This document shows positions 24,393-37,273 of a stretch of DNA of 64,000 nt, in pieces. The notes below the pieces were generated by a model. It saw only the letters and a list, made by a program, of their open reading frames with translations. It did no database searches and had not been told where the DNA came from. Within the stretch, counting starts at the first letter, position 1; the number at the start of each line of letters is the position of its first letter. This stretch comes from Octopus bimaculoides (lineage: Eukaryota): contig NC_068988.1 in the NCBI RefSeq assembly GCF_001194135.2, positions 68,302,053 to 68,366,052 on the forward strand, in the 5' to 3' direction. The translations under genes were made by a program, and so were the position numbers.

Positions 24393-26877
24393 CATCTGAC
24401 TGATTGTATAGTGCTTTTTCACATATCTTTTAATGTAAATTGTGCATGCTCAGTTTGACTACAGTCTTAAAAACAGAATTCTGTTGGCAAAATTCATAGT
24501 CATTTAGTAGATTTATTGAAGCGTTAACCATGTGCAATCTATCCTGATAACGTAAGGACTTATCACTTACACCCTATTGCACAATTAAATTAATGTTTCT
24601 TATTTTCCTAATTAATGGAATTGCTCGAGCAAGAAATTGTAGTCTGCGACGAGTTCTTCTCGATTATGGTTGTCTAATTACTCTTCTTTCGCATGATAGA
24701 ATTCAGAGCTTGAATTCTCCTTCAGTCGCTGCCCTCGAATGACTTGCATTCAATAAAGAAATGTATATTCAAGATATTAACCAGCTTCGTGATAAATTGT
24801 GTTGTAATCTGCAAGTTTATCAGTATTCATGATTACATTTTGTTTGCAGTTATTCAACAACAGTCTCTGATTTCACATTTCTCATTTAATCTTATTCTCC
24901 AACAGTATTTTTTCTTTATGCCAGAAATACTTTATTGAACCAATATTATCTTTAACGATTTTCTAGCTGTAATAACGCATAATTAAGCTAATATTTATAA
25001 TGTTAGCATTAATATTCCATACTATGTGTAGTATAAATGCAGAATGATTTTTTTATCGCTCTTTATAACGAAGTGCAACATCACAATTCGTTTAATTGCA
25101 AAAAGTTAACATTAACAGGATAGCATTAAATTCTAGTTAAGACATTAGCACTAAGTGAACTTATTACTAACGTCTTAATTAGTAGCAATGAATATAATTT
25201 CAAATTTTGAAAATGTTCATATATAGATATTTGTGCCATTTTAGTTCGCAGATTTTAGCAAATAAGAAAGTCATTTGATATAAGCTTATATGACAGTACG
25301 TAAGTGATTTAAGTTAGGGGAGGCCCTGATAAGGGGAGGAGGGAGTAAGGCAACTTGTTGTTAATGCTGAAGTAAAGAATTATAATTTTAATAATGATTC
25401 ACACTTACGGCGGTTTGCGCTTCTGACCAACTTACTCAGGGTCTGCTGTTACATTTTGTCTGAATTAATAGAATAACTATCACTCCACCCGAGGATCTAT
25501 GTCTCATTTAGTGAACAAAAGTGAAAAAATTGCGTATTTGATCAAAAATACTAATTGTAGTACACGGTACATTGTAAAATCAAATTCCAGCAAGCTCAAA
25601 TTCTATTTCTACTCTTTAATTAATTATTAGTTATCTAATTAGATCAGTTTAAATTTACATATCTTCTCATACATTGTTTGGTGTAGTGTTATAACGCATC
25701 CTTTTTCTCTTTCTCTTTCTCTCACACACATACACCCAAAGAAATGTGTGTTTGCGTTTGTGTGAGAGTCATATTTTTGTCTAACTCCATTTCTATTTCC
25801 ATCGAATCTATACGATGCAAAGAGTAATAATACCAGATTATCTAAAAGGCAAATTAGGTTATCTTAAAGGAATTTAGGTATAAAGAAACTTATTGTCGTT
25901 TAATTTATCTTTCCCTGTCATATATGACTGATATTATATTTACAGTTCCAAACACTTCCATTCGTTTTGATTTTTTTAGTTTTATTTGTTTCCTTATAAA
26001 CTAAAATGTGAAAGGATGTAGGTGTGGAAGTTGCATCTTTATATTTGCCAAGAACGTTTTATTTGTTTCATTACAAACTTATTTAATATTGTATTTTGTT
26101 ATTTCTATATGACTTTCACAGAATTCTACACTGCGTTTGGTAATGTTGTTTCTAATTCGCAAAACTTATTGTTATTTTCCAACCATACAAGCGAACAAAC
26201 ACGGTTATACAATACTAAAACTCTATTATTCTAATGTCTTTATAAACTGTTTCTTTTCACCTTAGTATTAAAAACGAATTACTACAGTGTCTGGGTAGTG
26301 TTAAGTACCAAACATAATGAATTTATCGCTCAAGCAACTTTGCATTCAAACTGTTCTTGGCAAACAGAAGGATGCAACATCCACACGTACGTCCTTTCAC
26401 ATTATTGTTATTCCCTGAAAGCCTTATCCATAAAAAGAAATTTCTGTATTGCATGTCAATACCTTTAAGCTTGATTGATAGAGATCAGAACAGTATCACA
26501 AATCAGGACACGGTATGAATGCGAGAAGCGATTGCACTTTTAGAAAACGAAGAATAATTCTGCAAAGTGTACGATATCTAAATTGCTCCTTTTTTTTTAA
26601 ACTTGTGTCAGCTCTGTTCAAAAAGACCGACAATGATCACAAGTACTCCAGCTGTGATCATCACACTTATATTTACACCTAAAATCCGTTTCATAAAACA
26701 CATTTGATATTATGTTGACTTCATTGCTACTTCCAGCATGTGGAACAGATTAGTTTGATTTCGTTTCAAATGTATTTGGATATAATAAATGGAAACGGGT
26801 AAAATGGATGATTTTAGATAAATATGAAACATAAATTTGAGCTTACCCAAAGAAATAGAAGAAACAATATTATCTTC

Positions 26878-27082
26878 AAATTTTGGCACAAGGCCGCCAA
26901 TTTGAGGTGAATGGGTAAGTCGATTATGTTGATCCCCCACTCCTCAACAGATACTTATTTTATATTGTTTGAAAGAATGAATGGAAAAGCTGATATCGGT
27001 GGAATTTTAACTCAATGTAAAGAACTAAATACCGGTAGGCATTTTGCTCGGCGTGGCAAAGATGCTGCCAGCTTACTGGCTT
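26878..27082 (-). mobile_element. SINE family A, degenerate
   Basis: ttttggcacaaggcc...gtcgatta...cttatttta...ggtggaattttaactc...gcattttgctcggcgtg...ctgccagctt is the reverse complement of the 14173 copy. Confidence 0.7.
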
Positions 27083-27199
27083 AATGGAAATTATGACATT
27101 GAAACTCAGATGTTAACTGCGTCTATGTATTAAGCTGAGAGAATTTACTTCGTACATATGATTTGGTATGTTACTTTTGTACTTTTATCTCCTGAAACC

Positions 27200-27368
27200 A
27201 GGTGCAGAGTGGCTGTATCTTAAAAAACCTGCCTCACAACCAAATGTTTTTTGGTTCAGTCGCATTGATTGTTCCCTCATCAGACGTCTTCTAACATAAC
27301 CTCGGCCCGACTAAGGCCTTATGAATGGATCTCATAGACTGATACTCAAAAAGAAGCCGGTCGTATAT
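27200..27368 (+). mobile_element. SINE family B, 5' half
   Basis: ggtgcagagtggctgt...ggttcagtc...cctcggcccgactaaggccttatgaatggat...aaagaagccggtcgtatatat aligns with the head at 61392-61548 and is followed by a (GT)-rich microsatellite. Confidence 0.65.
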
Positions 27369-27977
27369 ATATGTGTGAATGCGTGTGTGTGTGCACGTGT
27401 GTGTGTCTGTGTGTCTGTGCGTGTATGTATGTGTGTTTGTGTATGTGTGTGCGTGCATTTTTCTCTGTCTTAACATATACGATGCTTTCAATACTCATAC
27501 ACATTTAAATACATGTATACATACATACATAAATGCTTGTATCTTTTTACACCAACATATACCACGTCGATTAATGCGAGCAGTAACTTCAGCACGACCA
27601 TCGCAGTTTTAGATTATTTGAATTTAATTGCTTCGATTGGTGTCTAGACACTGGAATTATAATAAAAAAATTATTTGTAGTTTCTTTTTTTTATAGATAG
27701 GTAAATATCCTGACTGTTCATGCAGTAATGTCATAGATAAAAGAGAAGATTTGCGTAGTCCTTCATTGACATCTCTCTTATTTGCGATGGAGTAATATGA
27801 ATTTTCTGAATATCTGTCTAAGAACGACTATCAACTCGGTTTTCTTCATCTCCAGTCTTTTCCGTTTAACTATATGTATTAACTCTTGTAAAACAATTTC
27901 ATAAATACTTATTTGCCATTAAAAACCACCTCTCCATCTTTTAATTTTTACATATGTATATGTGTATATACATATAT

Positions 27978-28360
27978 GGGAGATGCAATCGCCCAGTGGT
28001 TAGGGTAGCGGACTCGCGGTTGTAGCATCACGGTTTCGATTCTCAGACCGGCTGTTGTTAGTGTTTATTGCGCAGAAATACCTAAAGCACCACGAGGCTC
28101 CGGCAGTGGGTGGTGGCAAACCCTGCTGTACCCTTTCACCACAACCTTCTCTCACTTTTTCTTCCTGTTTCTGTTGTACCTGTATTTCAAAGGGTCAGCC
28201 TTGTCACACTCTGTGTCACGCTGAATCTCCTCGAGAACTACGTTAAGGGTACACGTGTCTGTGGAGAGCTCAACCACTTGCACGTTAATTTCACGAGTAG
28301 GCTGTTCCGTTGACCGGATCAACTGCAAACCTCGTCGTCGTAACCGATGGAGTGCTGCGA
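27978..28360 (+). mobile_element. tRNA-derived SINE family C (about 380 bp)
   Basis: It has an A box (tcgcccagtggttagg) and a B box (ggtttcgattc, 28032-28042), then about 300 bp of non-tRNA body. TA-rich microsatellite lies on both sides, and no complete acceptor stem is present. Confidence 0.75.
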
Positions 28361-28869
28361 TATACATATATCTGTATGTATATAGATGTATGTGTAATGT
28401 ATTTACCAGTATCTTGCATGTCATTCATCACAGTAGTATAATGCTTAACAATACAGTGTAGTTAATTAGGAAGCAATTTATTTTTCGTTGTTGGTAATTT
28501 TCTATTAACACTTATCTAAGCTACTCTGTGATCAAAGGAGTACCTTTATAGATATTGTGTCTTTTAAAGAGTGGCAACATGTACATTATCTTATGTTCAA
28601 CATCGTCTTTTATTAGACAGCTTTCGCAATTCCAGCAAACAAATAAATGCACGTATGTTGGCTGAAGGGTGCAGAGATGAAGTAAATTGTTAACTAATCT
28701 GTTGAAACCATGGCTGATGCAGTACAAAACACCGTTTAATGATGATGTCATATCAGTATTTTCTGGTTGACGAGTTGTAACAGATTCTATAACAATATGT
28801 AGTACTACTTTGAGTTTTTCTTCTATTGCAAAGTGGAGGATATTGTCAAATACATTTTCAATATCTTCT

Positions 28870-29200
28870 AGTGGAACGATATGCTTGTGAGGTTGAAAAG
28901 TTCGTTTGACAGCTATGAGTTTCAGGTTCAGTCAGTTGGGTGGCTCCCTGGCAAATTGCTTATACGGTAGCTCTGATTTCACCTGTGCCTTGATAGTGAA
29001 TTGGTTAACGGAAAATGTGTGCAAATACATCGCATATAGGTTTGTGTGTATGTGCGTGCTTGTGTACCCTTGCTTGACAACCAGTCTTGCTCATTTCTGA
29101 TCCTTTAGCTCAGCGACTCGCCACCGAGGCTGAAATAATATAAGTGCTAACCTAACAAAATATACATTTAGTGATGTGATCGAATAAATCTTTCAACTAC
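28870..29200 (+). mobile_element. SINE family B, degenerate full-length copy
   Basis: The head contains tttcaggttcagtc...ggcaaattgctt...ggttaacggaaa, followed by a (GT)-rich middle and a second half starting cttgacaaccagt. This matches the layout of the 61392-62015 copy. Confidence 0.55.
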
Positions 29201-29467
29201 GCTGATTCGGTCTGGTCACAGTATAATGAGGGAAACATGTCATAGGAATAAAAGAATAGTCCTTTTAAAATAAACACTTTTAGTGTAACATTAATATAAT
29301 TGGTTCTTATGTATGATCTGAATAAGTTTACTTGGATAATTAATGTAACAAAGTACATTTTTACATATCAACTTCTTGAAAAATATTTCATAATTTTATT
29401 TTTTAATCCCAAATATTTTTTTTCCAATTTTCTTCTATTCACTCTTATATTTTACATATGCAGGTGC

Positions 29468-29762
29468 TGTGTCGACGCCCCAAGGCGAAGAAGTAGGATC
29501 TTCCAAGACATATAAATAGAGGTAGTCTGGCCGTGGTAGGTGTGTTGAGTAGCAGTCGAGTAGCAGTTGTGTATCGGTTGAGTAGAGAACCACCGAAGGT
29601 GCTAGATAGCAGTAGCGTTGAGACATAACAGCAGGAAATCGTACTTGGAATATATTAGTTAACTTGAGAGTGTATCAACCACTTAATCTAAATATCTTGA
29701 ATAACAAAATGTCTTAGTAATTCAGTGAATAAACCTATTTAGACTCAAGCCATTAAAATACA
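29468..29762 (+). mobile_element. Possible solo-LTR-like segment
   Basis: A GC-rich island starts with TG and contains TATAAATA (about 29512), repeated gagtag(cag) motifs, AATAAA (about 29728) and CA ends. No target-site duplication was found. Confidence 0.25.
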
Positions 29763-30989
29763 TACGTGTGTGAATGTTATATGTTCTATGTTAAATGGTA
29801 TGTTGCTTATATCTGTATGTAAGTCATATATGAATTGAATTATATGTTAAGATATCATCAATTTACATTTCTAGAAATCAAAAATATTATTAAAATTTGC
29901 CTTTATAAAATAGATGTTACAATTTGATTGTAACTCTTTCACTGATAAATTATTTACTAAAGTATGCTACAGATAAAGAATTGTTATTATCTCCTTAAAC
30001 GTACCAATTCAGCGTTTTAAAACATCTATAATGCGTTATGTTTAACACCATATTATCTCATTATCTTCAGAAATTCACAAAAGAAAGCGCAATACATGGC
30101 GTAAAGAGGCGCCTACATTGGTATAGTTTAAATTAGGAATGTTTCTAATTCTGTTGCTGGTGACGATGAGCGTTCCGTTCGACGAGTTTTCGTTTACTTG
30201 CCATTGATATCTCTACGAGACGTTAATGTGTAACACACAGTTGGCGATTTGGAAAGTATGTTAGGATGCACAGAGTATGTTACGATGTATATAAGAGATA
30301 TAAACATCGTGAAATCTGGACCAAGAAGTGATTCGTCATCGTATATTGCAACGAAGTCGGTTAAATAACAAACTGTGAATGAATGAAATCGAGCCTAGTG
30401 AAGCAAGGAACAGAGAGGCAAGATGAAAGAGTGGGAGATACAAACAGGCAGGCATAATCACTTAGATGTAGAAACTGCTCAGGAAATAGAAAATACATAG
30501 AACGCTTGGTAAGTTTCAAAGTCAACAACATTGCAGGCTCCCAAAAATGCCAAACTCAAGAACGGTATGAATACATCGGTTCAGTAGATGAACATCACAA
30601 ACAACGAGACCAGATAACATGGGATGACGTCAATGACTTGGATGGTATAAGATTTGTAATAATAAAGGCGATAATGTAGAATTTGACTGGACAAATAATA
30701 GGATCTTCTTAGAATAAGGAAACCGAGACTTTACATATATTGAGATTTAGAAATCTAATATGAATTGAATGAGCAGAATAAAATTAAATAATAATAATAA
30801 TAAAGACAAAGTGTTATATATATAGATTGAGTTGAATTAGGTACTTAAGTCGAAGCACCAAGCCAGTGCGGTATTATCCGTACAGCTCAACGTAAGGTGA
30901 ATAAAATCAAAATAAACAACAAGATATCAAAATGTGATGCAGTAAGATTGTTTCAAGCAGCTCCATTTAATTGAACAATGTGATCATTA

Positions 30990-31130
30990 CATCAGTTTAA
31001 ATGAAGGGCTATCCTCAGCTGCACAAATAAATAAATAGAATTTTACTCAAATACTTTAATAGAGCAAGAGGATAGAAACGATCCATGTTGTCGCAAATGT
31101 AGCTAAGAATATACTACACAACCAATAAAT
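30990..31130 (+). mobile_element. Highly decayed R4-like LINE fragment
   Basis: EGLSSAAQ resembles EGFILAAQ and EDRNDPCCRKC resembles DPKCRFC, in the expected order, with stops. Confidence 0.35.
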
Positions 31131-31726
31131 GTATGAGGTTTGTTGGGTTCATAGCTTGTAAAGGATTGTGGATCATTTTTAATTTATTAGTCTTTTATCA
31201 ACTACTAAATCTAAGACTACAAGACTGTCTGTTTAGAATGGCGGGCAGGAGTGAATTGACAGCTCATAGCTGGGTATGGTATTTAAATGTTGTCAAGAGT
31301 TTAGGAATAGTATAAAGTAACTGTTTGTAAAGGAGACTGGGTTGTGGAATCTAAAATTTTATCTTTATACAACATAACAATATTGTTTATAAACAATCAC
31401 CCATAGTACTCCATGATAAAATATGTTTCATTAGCGCCTTGCCCCTTTAACTGGTAATTAACATCTTGATTCTGAGTCTTCCCCTACCCAGCTTCCATAT
31501 ATGTACGTATGCATGAATACATGGATTCAAGTAACCTAGTAGTAATCATAACAAAGGTCATAAATGTATCATTCTACAACACATATAGAAAACGACCAGG
31601 AGCGTTCCTTTTGTAATTTCTCTTACCTTGCGATTTAACTTACAATGAGCACTTCTTAATACAGCCCATATATTATGAAGTATACTTAAAACATATTTTA
31701 TAAGAAAATTTAACTTTATATATGCG

Positions 31727-31771
<45 letters not shown>

Positions 31772-32062
31772 NNNNNNNNNNNNNNNNNNNNNNNNNNNNN
31801 NNNNNNNNNNNNNNNNNNNNNNNNNNNNNNNNNNNNNNNNNNNNNNNNNNNNNNNNNNNNNNNNNNNNNNNNNNNNNNNNNNNNNNNNNNNNNNNNNNNN
31901 NNNNNNNNNNNNNNNNNNNNNNNNNNNNNNNNNNNNNNNNNNNNNNATATATATGCATCTATATATGTGTGTATGTATATATATATGTGTGTGCATATGT
32001 ATGTATGTGTATATATATGTGGGTGGGTGTATAAATATATATTCAAATTTATAATCAAGAAT

Positions 32063-32122
32063 ATCATACTGATGACGGAAATGAAGGTTTTTACTATTGT
32101 AATCCAGAAACGCGTCTATGAT
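32063..32122 (+). ncRNA. Minimal type I hammerhead ribozyme motif (Penelope-like element type), with one stem-II mismatch
   Basis: Stem I atcata (32063-68) pairs with tatgat (32117-22). The core is CTGATGA (32069-75). Stem II is c-gga...tcc-a with a C.A mismatch at its base. GAAA lies at 32107-10, the palindromic stem III is AC-GC-GT, and the cleavage triplet is GTC (32114-16). Confidence 0.7.
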
Positions 32123-32279
32123 TGACTAAATCTGGTTAGTTTCGTTGTTTTTTCTTCTTGTTTTGCCTTTGTGACTTACAAGTATTGCTATCTGTCGGAG
32201 ACTTATTTTAGTAGTAGAATTAGCTCTTTAACTGCTATTTCTAAATTTCGGTATATGGTGAGAGACTTCTGATGCCAAT

Positions 32280-32435
32280 CTTCTACAGAAAGACCTAGAT
32301 GCTATATATAAATGTGCCGAGGACACCAACATGCAATTTATTGCAGGAAAATTCCAATCCCTCCGCAACCAGCTAATTGGTGCTAGGAGTCACTACAAAG
32401 ATACTTTGGACCAAAAGGAGCGGCAAGGATTTTAA
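32280..32435 (+). mobile_element. CR1/L2-like LINE reverse-transcriptase C-terminal fragment
   Basis: LLQKDLDAIYKCAEDTNMQFIAGKFQSLR matches the CR1-type motif LQxDLDxxxxWxxxNxMxFNxxKF. A second piece at about 32715-32790 (LIEIEKSMQQSYMKERAVKEAW) may belong to the same family. Confidence 0.65.
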
Positions 32436-34474
32436 TATGACGTTTTCGAATCTATAATTGCAAGTGTTTTTATATAGACGTGTAAACTCGCTTTGTTATA
32501 GGTATCTATAAGCACTCGTTCGTATAGTCTTGTTTACATATATTGGACTGAAGATAGAAGAAACTCTAAAATTTTAATCTTGCAATTAGCTAATTCGCAA
32601 TTGATGTGGAGTCTTTTGACATATCCGCTTTCAATCGCATGTATTTATGGAGTTTTTTCGGTATTTTCGTATTCCTTGGATATTAATTCAGTGAAAGGTC
32701 CCACCTAAAAACAACACTAATAGAGATTGAAAAAAGCATGCAACAATCCTATATGAAGGAGAGAGCAGTCAAAGAAGCCTGGGTATGTGATGTTGCTTTC
32801 GCCGCGTAAGACATTTGGAGTCATTTAATTCTGCAAAGAAATTTCCTGTTCGTATCAATGATACATCACACGCATATCCAAACAAATAGCAAAATGTGAG
32901 TAACACAAGGTGAAGTGTATCGGTAGATAAATAAACGTATTAAATTCTGGGAAACGAATAGAGAGGAAGATTTCTTGAATATATCGGTAAATAGAAATGA
33001 ATATCAAACGTTTAATATTGTGAGGGGATTACTTCCAAATATATTAGTACAACTATATTCGGTTGTAATTTACTGAACGACGTCAAATTTTCCCCTTTCT
33101 CTCAGTCTTCCTTTCCATTTCTCTCTGTATATATATAAATAAATATATATATACACACACACAAACACACCATATTGTTTTATTAGTCCTGTGATTTTCT
33201 TGTCGAACCTAACAACAGATTGAGTACTTTGTCACATTGCACTCGTATCTTTTGAACTGATATTTTTAAACACCTCCATACAAACATAAATATGTTCATA
33301 TTTGCATTCATATACACATATCTGTGTGTGGAGTGGGGGGGCGAATGTACGGCAGGGATATGGTCAAGTCAGATTATGTGTTACGTTTTTGTGTCCAAAG
33401 TGGATTAAGGCATTTTACCCTTCGTTTTTCAATTTTATACAGCGAGTACAAGTCATGCATTGGGCTGACAAAATAAAAAGAATATTTAACTAATGTAGTT
33501 CACCAGAAGGACCTTATTACAAATAACTTAAACCAGTAGAAGCAAGAGAAATGTCATCTTATATATATTACGTGTAAATTTTGATCGCATATATGAGAAA
33601 ATTTCATTTATTACATCCAACCTCTTTTGTAGGTTTAACAAATATATTAAGTTTATTCAATATTATGAAGGTATACTTATCTTTCTGGGAAAGGAAAACA
33701 CACCAATAATTACCGCAAAATTTCTCAGTGGTATTCAAAAGAACTTACCTGAAAAGGAAATAAAACATATTTTGAAGAATGATGTGAGATAATTTACTCA
33801 GAGAAATTAGAATGTATTCAAGAAAACCATTATAATATAACTAATATCACATATACCACAAGGCAAATTAATACATAATTGGGAAAGGAAAAACAAGGTG
33901 ACATTACCGCTGGCTATTTTCAATATTCTGTCATTGAAATATCTTTTGTTGGAAATTTCCATACATAAATAGTGTATTTGATTACATGATGATTATTCTT
34001 CATTAACTTGAGGAATTGTCTCTGGAATATAAAATACCCCTGAGGTAATTTTCCCTGCATAACATTTTTAATAATTCTCTATGTCAACTATACTAGGTAG
34101 CGTTTTAGCAGGAGTAGCAGTGCCCATGGTTTTTCGGAAAATATTTGGGACACCAGTGACAAAAAGGCAACAAGAAATGTTTAATAGCTGAAGGTGTCCA
34201 AGGCTTGACCGATACGATTAAAAGAGTTAGTAGTGAGTAAGATATTTTAATAACATCATAATTTACTTCGAATTATATAAACTTATAGGCTCTAATTATT
34301 ATTTCTTCAGTGAAATGAATAGTTTCCTAAATATTCTTGTGTTTCTCTGCTAACTAGTTTAACGTTAGGGTTTGAAGGTTGATATTTACTGAAGTAAAAT
34401 AGTAAAAAACGATTCATCGGAAAAGAAACATAGGAGAAAAAACCACGTTAAGTGTAAAATCTTAATAAAGAATT

Positions 34475-34670
34475 GGTTTCTATTTTTGGCATAAGGCCAA
34501 CAACTTCGGAAGAGGGGCCAAATCGATTACATCAACTCCAGTACTCAAGTGGAGTTTAATCTAACGACTTGAAAGGATGAAAGGCAAAGTCGATCTCGGC
34601 GGATTTTGAATTCAAGACAAAGACGGACGAAATGCCGCTAAGCATTTTGCCCAGCACTCTAACGATTCTG
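34475..34670 (-). mobile_element. SINE family A
   Basis: tttctatttttggcataaggcc...tcgattacatc...gaaaggatgaaaggcaaagtcgatctcggcgg...gacggacgaaatgccgctaagcattttg is the reverse complement of the 14173 copy. Confidence 0.85.
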
Positions 34671-36334
34671 TGTTGGAGGACGGAATATAGTTTATTGGTC
34701 CAGTAGATCGCAGAACGTTTGTACTTAGGGTAGAAAGTGCAGGGGTCGGTACGCTAGTAGTCCTTGCTTATTAGAGAATGATGGTTTGTCTATTAGACGG
34801 TAATAATATTTTTGATTCGATTACAATATTTATGTGAGCAACAGTTGTTTTCTTGTTGCTTTTAATGTTTAACCCCCGTGTCACTGACCATATAATGAGT
34901 GAAAATCCCTACACTCATGAACAGTTTGTCTTTAATTTAGGCTTTTTCTATCAAGGGCCATATGTCCGTCTTTTACGTGAAGAGAGCATGTTTCATGTTC
35001 TGTTCCTCGTAGATAAAATTAGTATGCACAGCTCTTCCTTTTTGTTCGTATGCGAGCAAAAATTCATCGAACGTGAATTCGTAAATAATTAGCAATAATT
35101 CAAAGGTGAAATATTTTGTAGCCATAGTTGTAAATACATATTCAAATTAATTACTGTGTAGAATCAACGTTTTCAGTATGGTGTCTAAAGTGTCTAAAAT
35201 CGTAGTTTAACCAACTTGAAGTCCTGCAATTGTATCTGCGGAAATAGGCAATTTCACTCGAACAGTTAATGCAAATAAAGTGACAATTCCTACAATAGCA
35301 AAATCTTTTCAACTGAAGCCGAATATTTTCTGTCTAAAATCTACACTCTGAAGGCATAGAAGAATGAAATTTACTGAGAATCAATTTTTATAAAAGATAA
35401 TGAATTTACATCAGTTTCAAATAATCTATTTCAACTTAAACTTAAAATGGTTATATATGGTTAGTGTGTTATGTTGTTAAGCACGCGCGTGTGTGGGTGC
35501 GTGCGTGTGTTTGTGTGTGAACTCTGTACTCTTATACGTATCACCATACGAGAACAGTGTTCTACATATAAAAACATTTAGGTGAGGAAGGTATTTGATG
35601 TTTGTTAGTATAGACGAGAAATGGCTTGAATATTCCGAAATGAATTCATCCGTGGGTTTCTCTGACAATTACAAGAAGAAATATTCAATATGTGGATAAT
35701 AAGGATTCATTGAAAGATACTTCAGATGTAACAAGCAAATTTCAAACCTATAGAAATGCCCAGCACTTCGCAACTAAACAACATTTGATCTTAAACGATC
35801 ACCCCATTGGATTTTCGTATTAACACTGTTGAATAGCTTCCTGGTCACAAGGTATTGAAGAAAAGTACAAGACATAGGTAAAAAGATTAAGAAAAGAGAG
35901 AAATAAAAATAAGAGCTAATGGAATTTTTGATTTTGCTCATTTTTTTGTTTTACATCCACGAAACAATTGAATTCAGAAATTACATCACGAAACTAAACA
36001 ATTATTGTAGCACAATAATACTCGAGTCTAAATTTTAAGACTCTCAAATATTTCAGCAATATTGATTTAAGTATATTTTTAAAGATGTTACTTCTCTTAC
36101 TAAAAATAGTAATATAGGCAGATTGAATGCGTGTTTCCATGTTATTTCATTATAATATGACTAAGGTGATGGACGTGTATACGAAGAGATAAATGTGAAG
36201 ATGTTCGGAAAAGATTTATAACACATTCTTTTCTTTTTAACAACTTACATATTTAACAGCCAAATAGGAAAAGAACATTTTATTAATCTTTTCGAATCAC
36301 TTTCACTAGCTATGTAGATAAGATCACTAGCGTG

Positions 36335-36490
36335 TGCATGGCTGTGTCGTTAAGAAGTACATTTTGCAGTCACGTGGTTTCGGTCGCAATTGTACAGCAT
36401 CTGAGGCAAGTATCGTTCACTGTAGTTCCTGACCGACGAATGACTTCTGCGTGAATGTGGTAGACTGAAACAATGCCAAAGCTCGTAGCA
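36335..36490 (+). mobile_element. SINE family B head, degenerate
   Basis: gcatggctgtgtcgttaagaag...cacgtggtttcggtc...ggcaagtatc...ctgaccgac...tggtagactgaaac aligns with the 61392 copy. Confidence 0.55.
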
Positions 36491-37233
36491 TATAACCTAG
36501 TATCAATTTAGTAATAATTGTTTGTACACAGTATCAATATCACCGACCCTACCTTGGTGCTTTCACTAATTAAGTACTTGATTGTCTCGAATCCTGGAAA
36601 TTTATATATATATATATATCTATATNNNNNNNNNNNNNNNNNNNNNNNNNNNNNNNNNNNNNNNNNNNNNNNNNNNNNNNNNNNNNNNNNNNNNNNNNNN
36701 NNNNNNNNNNNNNNNNNNNNNNNNNNNNNNNNNNNNNNNNNNNNNNNNNNNNNNNNNNNNNNNNNNNNNNNNNNNNNNNNNNNNNNNNNNNNNNNNNNNN
36801 NNNNNNNNNNNNNNNNNNNNNNNNNNNNNNNNNNNNNNNNNNNNNNNNNNNNNNNNNNNNNNNNNNNNNNNNNNNNNNNNNNNNNNNNNNNNNNNNNNNN
36901 NNNNNNNNNNNNNNNNNNNNNNNNNNNNNNNNNNNNNNNNNNNNNNNNNNNNNNNNNNNNNNNNNNNNNNNNNNNNNNNNNNNNNNNNNNNNNNNNNNNN
37001 NNNNNNNNNNNNNNNNNNNNNNNNNNNNNNNNNNNNNNNNNNNNNNNNNNNNNNNNNNNNNNNNNNNNNNNNNNNNNNNNNNNNNNNNNNNNNNNNNNNN
37101 NNNNNNNNNNNNNNNNNNNNNNNNNNNNNNNNNNNNNNNNNNNNNNNNNNNNNNNNNNNATATATATACCCCTACAATCAAATCCGCATGCGCGTGTGAG
37201 CCTTTGTCTATGTACGTATGTAAATACATCTCT

Positions 37234-37271
<38 letters not shown>

Positions 37272-37273
<2 letters not shown>

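Noticed and set aside
27978-28050. tRNA gene-like A/B boxes (also at 21671, 27200, 36335, 51900 and 61392)
   Set aside because: There is no complete cloverleaf, and each continues into a SINE body, so these are SINE heads rather than tRNA genes.
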